Positions 1 to 9,122 of a DNA stretch of 64,000 bases are shown one piece after another. The notes below the pieces were generated by a model. It did not search any database. It was not told where the DNA came from and saw only the letters and a list, made by a program, of their open reading frames with translations. The translations under genes and the position numbers were made by a program. Source of the DNA: a virus. The DNA is taken from positions 4,367 through 68,366 of the IMG/VR virus record IMGVR_UViG_3300031576_000034, one strand, 5' to 3'. Positions within the stretch are counted from its first letter, which is position 1, and each line of letters opens with the position of its first letter.

Positions 1-42
1 CCGGCCCCACTTCTTGCCCTTCTTCTTGGTCTTCTTCGCCAC
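1..42 (-). CDS. 5' end of a basic protein (MAKKTKKKGKKWGR...), runs off the window
   Basis: GTG at 42 preceded by GAGGT, just after the stop of the 55..345 gene. Confidence 0.5.
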   Translation of the reverse strand, partial: MAKKTKKKGKKWGR

Positions 43-54
43 GGGCGACCTCGA

Positions 55-345
55 CTACTTCTTCTTCTTGCGGAAGACGAAGAACGCGACGACGCCACCG
101 ACGACGAGCCCCGCGCCCGCCCACGGCAGCCACGTCGGCATCGTCATCGCGCCAAGGCCGCGACCTCCGAGCCCCACGATGCCGCGGCTGTTCGGGATCG
201 AGTGCCAGCCCGTCGCCTCGGCTCGAGCCGCCGCGACTCGTTCCATCGCACCGGGCACGACCATCGTGCGAGAGATCGGCGAGACCCACCCGGGAGCGGT
301 GTCGCCGAGCGTGGGGGACCTACGAATCGCGCGAATGACCTGCAT
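55..345 (-). CDS. small membrane protein with C-terminal TM helix and KKKK tail
   Basis: RBS GAAAGGTGA; GLGGRGLG then WLPWAGAGLVVGGVVAFFVFRKKKK. Confidence 0.8.
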   Translation of the reverse strand: MQVIRAIRRSPTLGDTAPGWVSPISRTMVVPGAMERVAAARAEATGWHSIPNSRGIVGLGGRGLGAMTMPTWLPWAGAGLVVGGVVAFFVFRKKKK

Positions 346-429
346 GGAGTCTCACCTTTCCGTACATCGTACGCTAAAGACCTACACGTACGCAAGCAGA
401 AGCGGCAGCGTCGTGGTAGAGGGCGAACG

Positions 430-681
430 ATGGGCGACGTGATCGACCTCGCGGAGCGGCGCGCGAAGAACGAGCCACGGAAGTTCGCGACGATGAAGTT
501 CCCGACGATCATCGCGGTCGGGATTGGCAGCGATTCACGCGATCCCGACAGCGTCATCGTGTTCATCGAGATCGATGCCAAGCCAGCATTCGCGTGGACG
601 CTCGAGGCCGAGACGGCGAAGGCGCTGCGAGACGCGCTCGACAGGACGCTCGCACAGCTCGAAGATCCGCGCGTGGGCTGA
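430..681 (+). CDS. hypothetical protein
   Basis: ATG 430, MGDVIDLAERR start typical of small phage proteins; globular composition. Confidence 0.65.
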   Translation: MGDVIDLAERRAKNEPRKFATMKFPTIIAVGIGSDSRDPDSVIVFIEIDAKPAFAWTLEAETAKALRDALDRTLAQLEDPRVG

Positions 682-1148
<467 letters not shown>

Positions 1149-1149
<1 letters not shown>

Positions 1150-2456
1150 CAAGACACAACCTTTCCAACGATCGCGCCGACGATGAGTCCACCGACGGCC
1201 GCTGCCGCGGGGACAAGCCACGCGGGCGTTGACGGTTCCTCTTCGGGCGGAGCGTTCATCTCGTCGAGCCGACGCTGCGGATCGAAGCCCTGCGCGATGA
1301 GGCTCTCGTACATCCTGGGAACAGTGGAGATTGGCGTCGCACCTTCGCCCCACACGCCGCACTCGGGCAGGTCGATAACGCGCTCCTGAAACTGGTGGAA
1401 CGAGAACATGCAACCCGCTGCGAGATATTCCGACAGCGCGTAGATGAGGCCAGCAATCGCGGAGCAAACCCAACCGATCACCGGAATGAAAGCTCCAATC
1501 GTGGCGACCTTCCCCGCAATAAACTGTATGTCCGCCTTGTTCTTCACCTCGGCGAGCGTGCGCATCTGCGCGGGCGTGAAGCCGAGCGCGGCAGCGTTGA
1601 GATCGAGGTACTGGCTGTAGCCACCCCACGCGTACGCAAGAAGATCGATGAGCGGGTACTTCGAGTAGACCTCGAGCTTCTTCTTCCACCACTCAACGCG
1701 AACTGCGCCGTTCGTGCGCAAGGTCTTGTGGTACCGTTTGCCGCTAGGGTAGCCGGGGCACGGGCTTCCAAAGACTCCGCCGCAATCTCGGTAGAGGCCG
1801 GTCGTGTCGTAGTCGAGCCACTTGCTCCACTCGAAGTAGTCATCCGGCGCGGTCCACATGGCGCGGTCAGCCTCGCCACGTGTGGTGGCTTCCGGCCACG
1901 CGTAAATTACACGCGGACCCCAACCAAGAAGATCGATGTGGAACGCGCGCTCACCCTTGTGCCCCATGTCGCGTACCGCCGCCGCCTTCGCCGGATCGAA
2001 CACTGACTGCGCAAACGCATCTGCGCTGGGCGTGTCAAAAACGCCGTCCTTGCCGCCCGCCACTGAGCGTGTTCCCACAGGTAGACCCGTACGCCAGCCC
2101 CAGGCCAAGTTGTCGGCCTTGCGCATCACCCACGCCCAACGCGCCGAAGCGCTGTACCACCGCTCCCGTTCGTCAGGCTTGGGCGTGATCGCGAGCGCGT
2201 TCTTGAGGTGCTGCCGAGCCGTCTCGTAGAGGTCTGGTTGGATCAAGACCTGCCGCATCCGCGCCGGATCACAGGGACCCGAGAACAGGAGCGGCTCCCC
2301 CCCGCAGTTGCCCTTGATGTGCCGGGTGTAGCCCGTCTTCTCAATGCCCACGATGCGCTGCTCAGCCGCGAGCAGACCTGTCTCGAGCGATGCGATGGCG
2401 TCGCCGGAGATGGCTGCGCGGACGACGCCAGGGCGAAGCTGCGGGATGAACGTCAT
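1149..2456 (-). CDS. 435-aa membrane-anchored putative virion protein
   Basis: internal hydrophobic segment (IGAFIPVIGWVCSAIAGLIYAL) and C-terminal TM; packed in an operon. Confidence 0.8.
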
Positions 2457-2459
2457 GGC

Positions 2460-2642
2460 TCAGTTCGTGATCGCCGGGTCCTGTGCAGTTCGATTGATCA
2501 TGCCACCAGTGATCGGCTCGAACGGCTGGTTCTGCGACGGCATGAGCGGCACCGCCTTCGCGGCGAGGATCCGGTTGCGAACGTAGAGGACGCCGAGCGT
2601 ACCTGCGACACCGACTCCGAGTCCGAGGAGGAACTTGATCAT
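2460..2642 (-). CDS. small protein with N-terminal TM
   Basis: MIKFLLGLGVGVAGTLGVLYVR; RBS GGAGG. Confidence 0.8.
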   Translation of the reverse strand: MIKFLLGLGVGVAGTLGVLYVRNRILAAKAVPLMPSQNQPFEPITGGMINRTAQDPAITN

Positions 2643-2645
2643 CGA

Positions 2646-2864
2646 CTACCTCCACCGAAGGCCGGCAACGGTGGACTGCCCACGGTACGCGTTCATCGGC
2701 GCGAGCCCGAACATCCGCGCCGGGAGCGTGTTGTTCGCGTTCTGCGGGTCCACGTCGGGGATCACGCCGCCGGGGAACGTGCCCCAGCGCGTATACTCGC
2801 GGATGGCGAGGTACCCGAGCACCGCTGCGACTCCGACGCCGAACCCGATTCCGTACTTGAGCAT
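2646..2864 (-). CDS. small protein with N-terminal TM
   Basis: MLKYGIGFGVGVAAVLGYLAIR; RBS GGAGG; ends VAGLRWR. Confidence 0.8.
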   Translation of the reverse strand: MLKYGIGFGVGVAAVLGYLAIREYTRWGTFPGGVIPDVDPQNANNTLPARMFGLAPMNAYRGQSTVAGLRWR

Positions 2865-2867
2865 CAG

Positions 2868-3200
2868 CTACCTCCGTCCGAAACGAGTGATGACCCAACC
2901 GAGGAGGCCGCCGACGAGGACGCCACCGGCGGCTGCGAGAGGACCGACGAACGAGAACGAGGCAGTTCCGCCGCCGGCCGCTGCGCGGGCCTTCTGCGAG
3001 CGCATGATCCACTTCGCCGCGCCGAACGACCACGACGCTTCCCAGTTCTGCCCGTGTGCCGCCTCGTACCAGTCTGCTTCGAGCGAGTCGTACAGCTCGC
3101 GCAGTTCCGCCGGCATCGTCGTGCCGCCCCACGCGTTCGCCTCCGCAACCACACGATCGTGCAGCGTGCGCAATTCAGCCGATTCAGCCGGTGACATCAC
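2868..3200 (-). CDS. small protein with C-terminal TM
   Basis: ends LAAAGGVLVGGLLGWVITRFGRR; overlaps upstream stop. Confidence 0.8.
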   Translation of the reverse strand: MMSPAESAELRTLHDRVVAEANAWGGTTMPAELRELYDSLEADWYEAAHGQNWEASWSFGAAKWIMRSQKARAAAGGGTASFSFVGPLAAAGGVLVGGLLGWVITRFGRR

Positions 3201-3463
3201 TCGCCTCGCTTTCGCCCGAACACGAGGTACGAAATCCCGCCGCCCACGAACGCCCCGACGATCAGCGCGAGGCCCTTCTGGACGAGGGGGTCGCGGAGGA
3301 TGCCGCCGGGCGAACCTTCAGATCGCATGCTGCCGTCGCCCTCGACGTTGCTTCCCGTCTCCTCGATCTGCTGACGCTGTTGCTCCATCTCGACGTAGAG
3401 CTGCCGCTGCGCCGACTCGGTGAGGGGCGGGAGCGCGAAGTTGAACATGCTCGGAACGGCCAT
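3197..3463 (-). CDS. small protein with C-terminal TM
   Basis: ends GLALIVGAFVGGGISYLVFGRKRGE; RBS GAGG. Confidence 0.8.
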   Translation of the reverse strand: MAVPSMFNFALPPLTESAQRQLYVEMEQQRQQIEETGSNVEGDGSMRSEGSPGGILRDPLVQKGLALIVGAFVGGGISYLVFGRKRGE

Positions 3464-3466
3464 CAG

Positions 3467-4078
3467 CTACCTCGCAATCACGAAGCCGAGGCCCACGCCC
3501 GCAGCAAGCGCAGCGAGACCGATGAGGAGGTTCGTCTTGTCGAAGGCGGCGGTGGCCTCCCCTGCGGGCGGAGATCCGCCAGCGTCCTCCCGAGCCTGCG
3601 CGACGATGTCATCCGCGGAGGGACTGCGGCGACCACCGCGATCGTCGACCGCGTCGGCCACGTCGCAGAGCGAGCCGCCGATGTCGATGCCGCGTTGCAC
3701 ATCGAGCGCGGTGCCGGACGTGCTTTTGTCACCGGAGGTCGTGAACATGCCCGCGATCGACGAGCCGATCTGCGAGAGGCTGCCGCACGTGTCCCAGATC
3801 CCGCGAAGACCGCGGAGCTGCGCACCGCCTGCGATGCCAGCGTGCACAGCTCCGAGCCGGCTCACTTCCATGTTGTAGCCCTCGAGCCCGACGCCGAGCG
3901 GACGGTAGTTGCCCGAGAGGACGTAGGAGCCCTGGCCGAGACCGTTGCCGCAGCCGACGCAGCCCGGTCCGCAACCAGAGAGGCCGCACCGCTGCGAGGT
4001 CGGCTTGATGCGGACGCCCGAGGACGGGTCCGTCGCGACGGTCGTCGGGAAGCCGTAGCGGTCGTAGTTGTAGGACAT
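3467..4078 (-). CDS. Gly-rich protein with repeated LxG motifs and C-terminal TM
   Basis: GLSG, GLGQ, VLSG, GLEG, LRGLRG; ends LLIGLAALAAGVGLGFVIAR. Confidence 0.8.
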   Translation of the reverse strand: MSYNYDRYGFPTTVATDPSSGVRIKPTSQRCGLSGCGPGCVGCGNGLGQGSYVLSGNYRPLGVGLEGYNMEVSRLGAVHAGIAGGAQLRGLRGIWDTCGSLSQIGSSIAGMFTTSGDKSTSGTALDVQRGIDIGGSLCDVADAVDDRGGRRSPSADDIVAQAREDAGGSPPAGEATAAFDKTNLLIGLAALAAGVGLGFVIAR

Positions 4079-4135
4079 ACGCGCACATCATCCTACACCA
4101 AGGCGAACGGCGCGGCTAGACTGTTCGCAAACCCG

Positions 4136-4175
4136 CGTGTCCCGTCGTGTCCCAGCGTGTCCCGGCGTCCGGGAC
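4136..4175. promoter_or_regulatory. three CGTGTCCC repeats at 10-bp period plus an inverted half-site; possible operator
   Basis: copies start at 4136, 4146 and 4156, between divergent genes upstream of the HTH gene. Confidence 0.45.
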
Positions 4176-4286
4176 GCACGCGCGCAAATAGATACTAACG
4201 GGTGAACCGTACAGCAACGCGGTAGACCGCACGGAATGTCTACCCAGGTCGACCAGACCGCACACGAACGAGTAGAGGGATCCGGC

Positions 4287-4493
4287 ATGGAGCCCCTCGC
4301 AACACCGATCGAGATCGCCCGCGTCCTCCGCATCGAACCACGCGACGTGTACGAACTCGTCGCGCACCACGGCCTGCCTGTGATGCGCGTCGGTCGACGT
4401 TTGCGCTTCAAATGGGCGGAGATTGCGGAGTGGTTGCGCTCGCCACCTGCGATCGGAGCTTCTCAGCGATCCGCAGGTAGTTCCTGCCGTTGA
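4287..4493 (+). CDS. excisionase-like (HTH_17/MerR-type) DNA-binding protein
   Basis: TPIEIARVLRIEPRDVYELV..GLPVMRVGRRLRFKWAEIAEWL; alternative start 4236. Confidence 0.75.
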   Translation: MEPLATPIEIARVLRIEPRDVYELVAHHGLPVMRVGRRLRFKWAEIAEWLRSPPAIGASQRSAGSSCR

Positions 4494-4677
4494 ACCACAC
4501 CGTCGCGACCCCGAACGCGGCGAGCGTTCCGCCTGCGACGATGCCAACCGGTCCCGACCGACGAGCCATGAAGATCCCACCGGCGACCATGAGCGGACCG
4601 ATCACGAACACGTCGAGGACGCGGACCCACTGGGCCTTGATCTCGTCGCCGACGTGGACGGTGATCTCATCCGCCAC
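4408..4677 (-). CDS. small two-TM membrane protein
   Basis: VRVLDVFVIGPLMVAGG and GIVAGGTLAAFGVATVWFNG hydrophobic helices. Confidence 0.75.
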   Translation of the reverse strand: MADEITVHVGDEIKAQWVRVLDVFVIGPLMVAGGIFMARRSGPVGIVAGGTLAAFGVATVWFNGRNYLRIAEKLRSQVASATTPQSPPI

Positions 4678-4681
4678 AGGA

Positions 4682-4876
4682 TCACTCCGCAGCGAGACCG
4701 AGCGCGTTGTCGTCGAACGGCCGAGGACCGCGCTTGATCATCTCGACGGCCTTCGCACGAAGATCAACGAGCACCTTGTTGATCTCGTCCTGCGAGCCGT
4801 ACTCGCCGATGACTTGGAGCAGAAGGTACCCTTCGTGCACGCCTCGCGCCACAATCATCGAATGCATCGGAATCAT
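4682..4876 (-). CDS. hypothetical protein
   Basis: RBS GAGGAG upstream of ATG 4876; fits operon spacing. Confidence 0.65.
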   Translation of the reverse strand: MIPMHSMIVARGVHEGYLLLQVIGEYGSQDEINKVLVDLRAKAVEMIKRGPRPFDDNALGLAAE

Positions 4877-4886
4877 GTCGTTCTCC

Positions 4887-5396
4887 TCAGATGACGGGAA
4901 GCCCGTCCCTACCAGCCATGTGATCGTTCCACGGAAGCTCCGTCTGCGTCCCGAACCCGGTCCCCGTGAGCGCCGGACCAAGAGCAAGCAGGCGGCCCTC
5001 CGCAGGCGAGAGGATCCCGTCGCGCGTGAGCGGCTGCGGCCAATCCTCGCGATGCATGAAGGCCGCGGGCTGCGGGAGGGCGGGAGGTCCGACCCTCATC
5101 GGATGGGACGGCGTCCCAGGCGTTCCGTGGCCGAACGCGAGGTTCTGAAAGCCCCGCAGGCGATCTCGAGCGGCGGCGAGCGCGCGGACGGCGCCCCACA
5201 CGCTCGTCATCGCGTCGGGGGCGAACTTGCGCTGGCCGACGAAGGACGGATGGAACGTCTCGCGGTTGCGGAGGATCTCGGCGGTCTGCTCGTAGTGCTG
5301 CGGGTAGGAACCGGCGACGAGCGGGAAGGGCAGGGTGCGGATCTCCTGCGGGATGTTCGTTCGAGCGCCCCACGGTCCCGGAATGATCGGAATCAC
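4887..5396 (-). CDS. Pro/Gly-rich hypothetical protein, possibly structural
   Basis: GTG overlaps the stop of the protease gene (GTGA). Confidence 0.7.
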   Translation of the reverse strand: MIPIIPGPWGARTNIPQEIRTLPFPLVAGSYPQHYEQTAEILRNRETFHPSFVGQRKFAPDAMTSVWGAVRALAAARDRLRGFQNLAFGHGTPGTPSHPMRVGPPALPQPAAFMHREDWPQPLTRDGILSPAEGRLLALGPALTGTGFGTQTELPWNDHMAGRDGLPVI

Positions 5397-5983
5397 GAGT
5401 CCCCCATCGGAAAATCGCGCACGGCCTTCGCACGCGGAAACTCCCAGCCCGGCTCCTTGCCCGACTCGGTGATGTCGAGCGCGGTCCAACCTCGGCCCGG
5501 GATCATCACCATCGGGTAGACGTGCGCCCAGTAGCGGCCGTCCTGCGAGATGATGCGAGCCATCATCTTGAAACCGATCGCGCGGAGAAGTGCGCAGAAA
5601 GCTACCGTCGCGTCGTCGCAATCGGCGCTGCCGGTTTCAAGCGTCGTTCGCAAATCCTGATACGTGTCGTACCCATCCGCATCCGCGAGGTATTTTGTAT
5701 TCAGAACGAGGAAGTTCCAGATCGAAACGACCTCGCACGCGAAGTCTCGAGGTCCGCACGTCGGCGAACCCGGATGAACGCGGTAGGCCCGATTGTGGTA
5801 GCGGACCGCGGGAACCTGCTCGCCGGTCCGGGGGTCGTTGACCCAGACGTAGTTGCCGGACGCGAGAGCTGCGGCGAGCCAGCGCGTCTGTGGGTCCTTG
5901 AGCGACGCATCGACCTGCTCCCGGATGAGGCGGGCGTGGTCGTCGAGGGAGTTGGTCTCGATGATGCGGGTCGTCGTGCGCAC
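5393..5983 (-). CDS. transglutaminase-like (papain-fold) putative cysteine protease
   Basis: GSADCDD (Cys), WAHVYP (His), ALDIT (Asp) triad pattern; likely start GTG 5983 after a TGnTACCAT -10; ORF track start 6007. Confidence 0.8.
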   Translation of the reverse strand: MRTTTRIIETNSLDDHARLIREQVDASLKDPQTRWLAAALASGNYVWVNDPRTGEQVPAVRYHNRAYRVHPGSPTCGPRDFACEVVSIWNFLVLNTKYLADADGYDTYQDLRTTLETGSADCDDATVAFCALLRAIGFKMMARIISQDGRYWAHVYPMVMIPGRGWTALDITESGKEPGWEFPRAKAVRDFPMGDS

Positions 5984-6049
5984 GCTGTGTGGGATGGTAC
6001 CACACACCCGCCTGCGAGCGCTACGTAAGCTCGTCGCCGACCGGCCAGA

Positions 6050-6450
6050 CGATCTCCCAGTCCATCGCGGACAAGTCCGTCGGGGCGTACTACCGGGCTG
6101 CGGGAGCCGCGAGGATGCTCGCGTGCATGTACGCGTTGTCGGAGGGTCGGTGCTGGGCGAGCGTCGAGGATGCGAGGCGGGCGTGCCTGCTCTGCAAGCG
6201 GGCGATCGAGGCGAACGTCAAGACGGCTGCCGAGATCGACAAGAGCAACCCGGACTACACGATCCAGGACCGCATCCAGCAAGCGATCGTCGGAGCCGGT
6301 GAAGACGGGATCTCGCAGCGGGAGTTGTCGAGGTCGCTGCGCCTGTCGGCGGAGCAGGTTCGGCGGTACATCACGGGCCTCAAGGAGATCGGGACGGTCG
6401 CGGTCGAGAACGTGCAGGGGACGGTGATGGTGCGGGAGAGCAAGTGGCCA
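6050..6450 (+). pseudogene. diverged 3' fragment of a paralog of the 9123..10373 ATPase gene
   Basis: MLACMYALSEGRCWASVEDARRAC..EIDKSNPDYTIQ aligns with MIACMLALADGRAWANVEDVRLAC..EIDKRNPDYTMQ; no P-loop part. Confidence 0.8.
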
Positions 6451-6491
6451 AGTAGCGCGACACGAACTAGATCGTGTAGACTCGACCTAGG

Positions 6492-6719
6492 ATGGCCATC
6501 CGCATACTCAAGACACGTGAGCCGCACGCCGGTCCGAACGGCGTTCGCAACGATCGATCGTACGCAGAGCGCATTGCCAACAAACTGTGCCGCTCGGTCC
6601 AATACAGATACCGCTTCGGACGAAACGGAACCACCCTGGTCGTGTACACGGGCGGAAAAGCAAACGAACAAGATCGCTGGGCAGTGGGACCCACGTCGCC
6701 AGCGTGCCGAAAGCGTTGA
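6492..6719 (+). CDS. hypothetical protein
   Basis: 75-aa ORF between two relic fragments. Confidence 0.4.
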   Translation: MAIRILKTREPHAGPNGVRNDRSYAERIANKLCRSVQYRYRFGRNGTTLVVYTGGKANEQDRWAVGPTSPACRKR

Positions 6720-6752
6720 CGTCCTTCGTGCCGCTCTGGTAAACGGACCAAG

Positions 6753-6875
6753 TTGGGTGCGTACTACAACGAGATTGAGCCGTTCGCGGCGCGTTGGCTC
6801 GAGAACCTAATCGCGGCCGGGCACATCGCGTCGGGCCGAGTCGACTCCCGGAGTGTTCGGAACGTACGTGCACGT
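6753..6875 (+). pseudogene. N-terminal fragment of a phage C5-cytosine DNA methyltransferase
   Basis: AYYNEIEPFAARWLENLIAAGHIASGRVDSRSV resembles the N-terminus of this phage MTase family; no catalytic PC motif follows. Confidence 0.7.
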
Positions 6876-7190
6876 GACCACGATCGCCATCAACTTGAAG
6901 TTCGGCACAAGCACCGCACCGAGAGCTTGCGCTGCTGCGCGCGCCCCGCGAGCCGTTTCCTCCGACTCCTCAAACCAGCGCAACTTCGCAGCAACACGCC
7001 GAAGTTCCGCACGATCCACATCGACGATCGCACCATTGTCGAGTCGTGAAATGCTGACGATCGCCAAGCGTTTCGTCGGACCGTGCGCCTCGAACGAAGC
7101 GATGAAACGATGCTTGGCCGTCTGGTACCTCCAGCCACCGAAAGGGTCGGCAACCGGCGCAGGAAGCAAGATGAGATCGCGATCGGTCAC
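6807..7190 (-). CDS. hypothetical protein
   Basis: GTG 7190 overlapping the upstream stop; plausible globular sequence. Confidence 0.55.
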   Translation of the reverse strand: MTDRDLILLPAPVADPFGGWRYQTAKHRFIASFEAHGPTKRLAIVSISRLDNGAIVDVDRAELRRVAAKLRWFEESEETARGARAAAQALGAVLVPNFKLMAIVVTCTYVPNTPGVDSARRDVPGRD

Positions 7191-7440
7191 GCTTGCCCGC
7201 CCTCGCCAAGCGTCTTGTCGATCGCCAGCGCCACGTAGTGCCAGGGCGAACGTCCCGCGGCTTCGCACGGTCCACGATCGCGAACGCGTCGTTGCCCTTG
7301 CGGAGCACATGGGCATCGTGAGCGGCGTCCTCGAAGTTCGCGTACGGAGGGTGGCGGACCTTGCCGTCGGGGCAGACGATCTCGAAGAGCTGGGACGCTG
7401 CGCTGCGCTGCGCTTCGGCGGAGGAGATCGTCGAGAGACA

Positions 7441-7644
7441 TCACGGCCGGCTCACCGCACCGCTCGGCTGCACCGTCCAACGAAGCCACGTCGAGCCGGG
7501 CGTTCGAGGATCGCTCTGGTACACGTCGATCGTCGCGCGACGACGGCGGGCGAGAGCCTTCGCGGCCTTGAGCGACGCAACGCAGCCGGTCGCAACGACC
7601 TTACCATTGCGCCAGGACTCCCATTCGTACTTGCAGCGTTTCAC
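7441..7644 (-). CDS. small basic hypothetical protein
   Basis: MKRCKYEWESWRNGKVVATGC..; follows the PAPS reductase gene. Confidence 0.55.
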   Translation of the reverse strand: MKRCKYEWESWRNGKVVATGCVASLKAAKALARRRRATIDVYQSDPRTPGSTWLRWTVQPSGAVSRP

Positions 7645-7657
7645 GATTGGCAGACTA

Positions 7658-8422
7658 TCACGAACCGCAGAAACCGGAATCGCAGCCAGCGGTCGGCGGC
7701 TCGTACTCGCCACGCTCACTCTGCGCCCACCGAACGACCTCGCGAATGCCGACCGCGCCGCCGTGTCGATACGGACGAAACAACGTACGCGGTTTACCCT
7801 CGCCGGTGTAACCCATCGACGTTTCGATGGCGGCAAGTTCCTCGATACGCTCCTCGGTGAGCAACCGGAGATCGGTTCGGTTGGAGTTGACGCACGGAAA
7901 GCACTCCATCGAACGATGCGGCAACGGCTCGAAGCCAGCGCGACGAACAAGTGCGTCTCGTTCCTCGATCGTCACGCGAACGAGCGGGGCCCAAAGCGAC
8001 CTGCCGTTGTGCTTGTCACTCGACTCGGCCCACTCCGGCCAAGCCGCGCGTGCGCGCGACTCCTCGCGACGCACACCGACGGCGCACACCGCTTCACGAT
8101 CTGGATCCACCTCATCGAGCCACACCTGCGCCGGCTCGATCTTCAAGACGGTGGTGCAGAACTGCATTCCGTTGCGAGGAAAGCCCTTGCGGAGCCGTGC
8201 GAGAGCGACGAAGCCGATGGACGGAATCCGGCACGGCTCGAATCCGTGCGAACGAGCGAGCGTCTCACCTTGCACGACACGATCGGGCCACTCACGCGAG
8301 GCCCAGCCGGTGTCGGAGTAGGCGCAAAGGACACGATCGTACTTCCGCAAGACGTCGGACTCGGCGAAACGCTGGACGAGCGCGATCGAGTCGTTGCCAT
8401 ACGAGACGAACACAACCAACAC
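7658..8422 (-). CDS. phosphoadenosine phosphosulfate reductase family protein
   Basis: PP-loop SYGNDS, DTGW, CTTVLK, GVRREES, CFPC. Confidence 0.85.
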   Translation of the reverse strand: MLVVFVSYGNDSIALVQRFAESDVLRKYDRVLCAYSDTGWASREWPDRVVQGETLARSHGFEPCRIPSIGFVALARLRKGFPRNGMQFCTTVLKIEPAQVWLDEVDPDREAVCAVGVRREESRARAAWPEWAESSDKHNGRSLWAPLVRVTIEERDALVRRAGFEPLPHRSMECFPCVNSNRTDLRLLTEERIEELAAIETSMGYTGEGKPRTLFRPYRHGGAVGIREVVRWAQSERGEYEPPTAGCDSGFCGS

Positions 8423-8428
8423 GCGCTG

Positions 8429-8458
8429 AACCTACCGCCGCCCCGCCCCGGCTGTCAA
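8429..8458 (-). promoter_or_regulatory. sigma70-type promoter, probably leaderless
   Basis: TTGACA-18 nt-TAGGTT-6 nt-GTG(8422). Confidence 0.6.
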
Positions 8459-8940
8459 CGACCAACCTCTCCGCAATCCCACGTGAGCGAGCACGCCCTC
8501 GCAACCCCGCGCTTCAAGCCGCGCCGTCGGCCTCGGAGTCCCTGAAGCACGCCGCACGGCCCGGCCTCCGCAGCGACGCCCTTGTCGTCGATGATGACGT
8601 GAGGCGAGGTCTTGATCGTCTCGTTGCAGTCGAGCCGCTGGAACTGCGAAAAGCGGTACGGATCGTAGGTGATGGGCGAAAGGCCGGCTCGGCGCGTACG
8701 CGGAGCAGAGTCGAGCGGCGTCGAGCTGACGAGCGTGCCCTCGACGAACGCATGCACGTTCTTACTCTTCTCGCGGATGACGCGCTGGCGTCCGGCCTCG
8801 GAGACGAGGAAGCGCGCGTTGTTGATCACGGCCCCGGACACGATGTCGATGACCTTGCCCTTCTTGGGGCCTTCCTGGGCCATGATCGACCACGCGCGCT
8901 TGTCGCGGATCTTCAAGTTGCGGTAAAGGCGGACCTTCAT
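8455..8940 (-). CDS. conserved-type phage hypothetical protein with LxG/basic tail
   Basis: YRNL..WSI..FLVSEAGRQRVIREKSKNVHAFVEG motif typical of phage proteins; tail GLRGRRRGLKRG. Confidence 0.8.
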   Translation of the reverse strand: MKVRLYRNLKIRDKRAWSIMAQEGPKKGKVIDIVSGAVINNARFLVSEAGRQRVIREKSKNVHAFVEGTLVSSTPLDSAPRTRRAGLSPITYDPYRFSQFQRLDCNETIKTSPHVIIDDKGVAAEAGPCGVLQGLRGRRRGLKRGVARACSLTWDCGEVGR

Positions 8941-9122
8941 TGCAGCCCAGCCACGAGCCCGACCTTGCCTGCCCGCGCTTGCGCTGTCAACACCCTTGCA
9001 GCCCCGCCCCCTCTTCGTGTACCAAAGGAAACGCCCTGCCGTCCCGGGAAAGGCTGGCAGGGCGTTGGACGACGAATCCGATCGGGAGACTAGCCCGGAT
9101 CGGTTGAGGATTTCAAGCCTCT

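Noticed and set aside
4236-4493. Prophage integration module
   Set aside because: Only an Xis-like HTH is present; no integrase or att-like boundary with host genes is seen.
7658-8422. Dnd phosphorothioate system or sulfate assimilation
   Set aside because: It is a lone PAPS-reductase family gene with no dnd/ssp or cys partners in the window.
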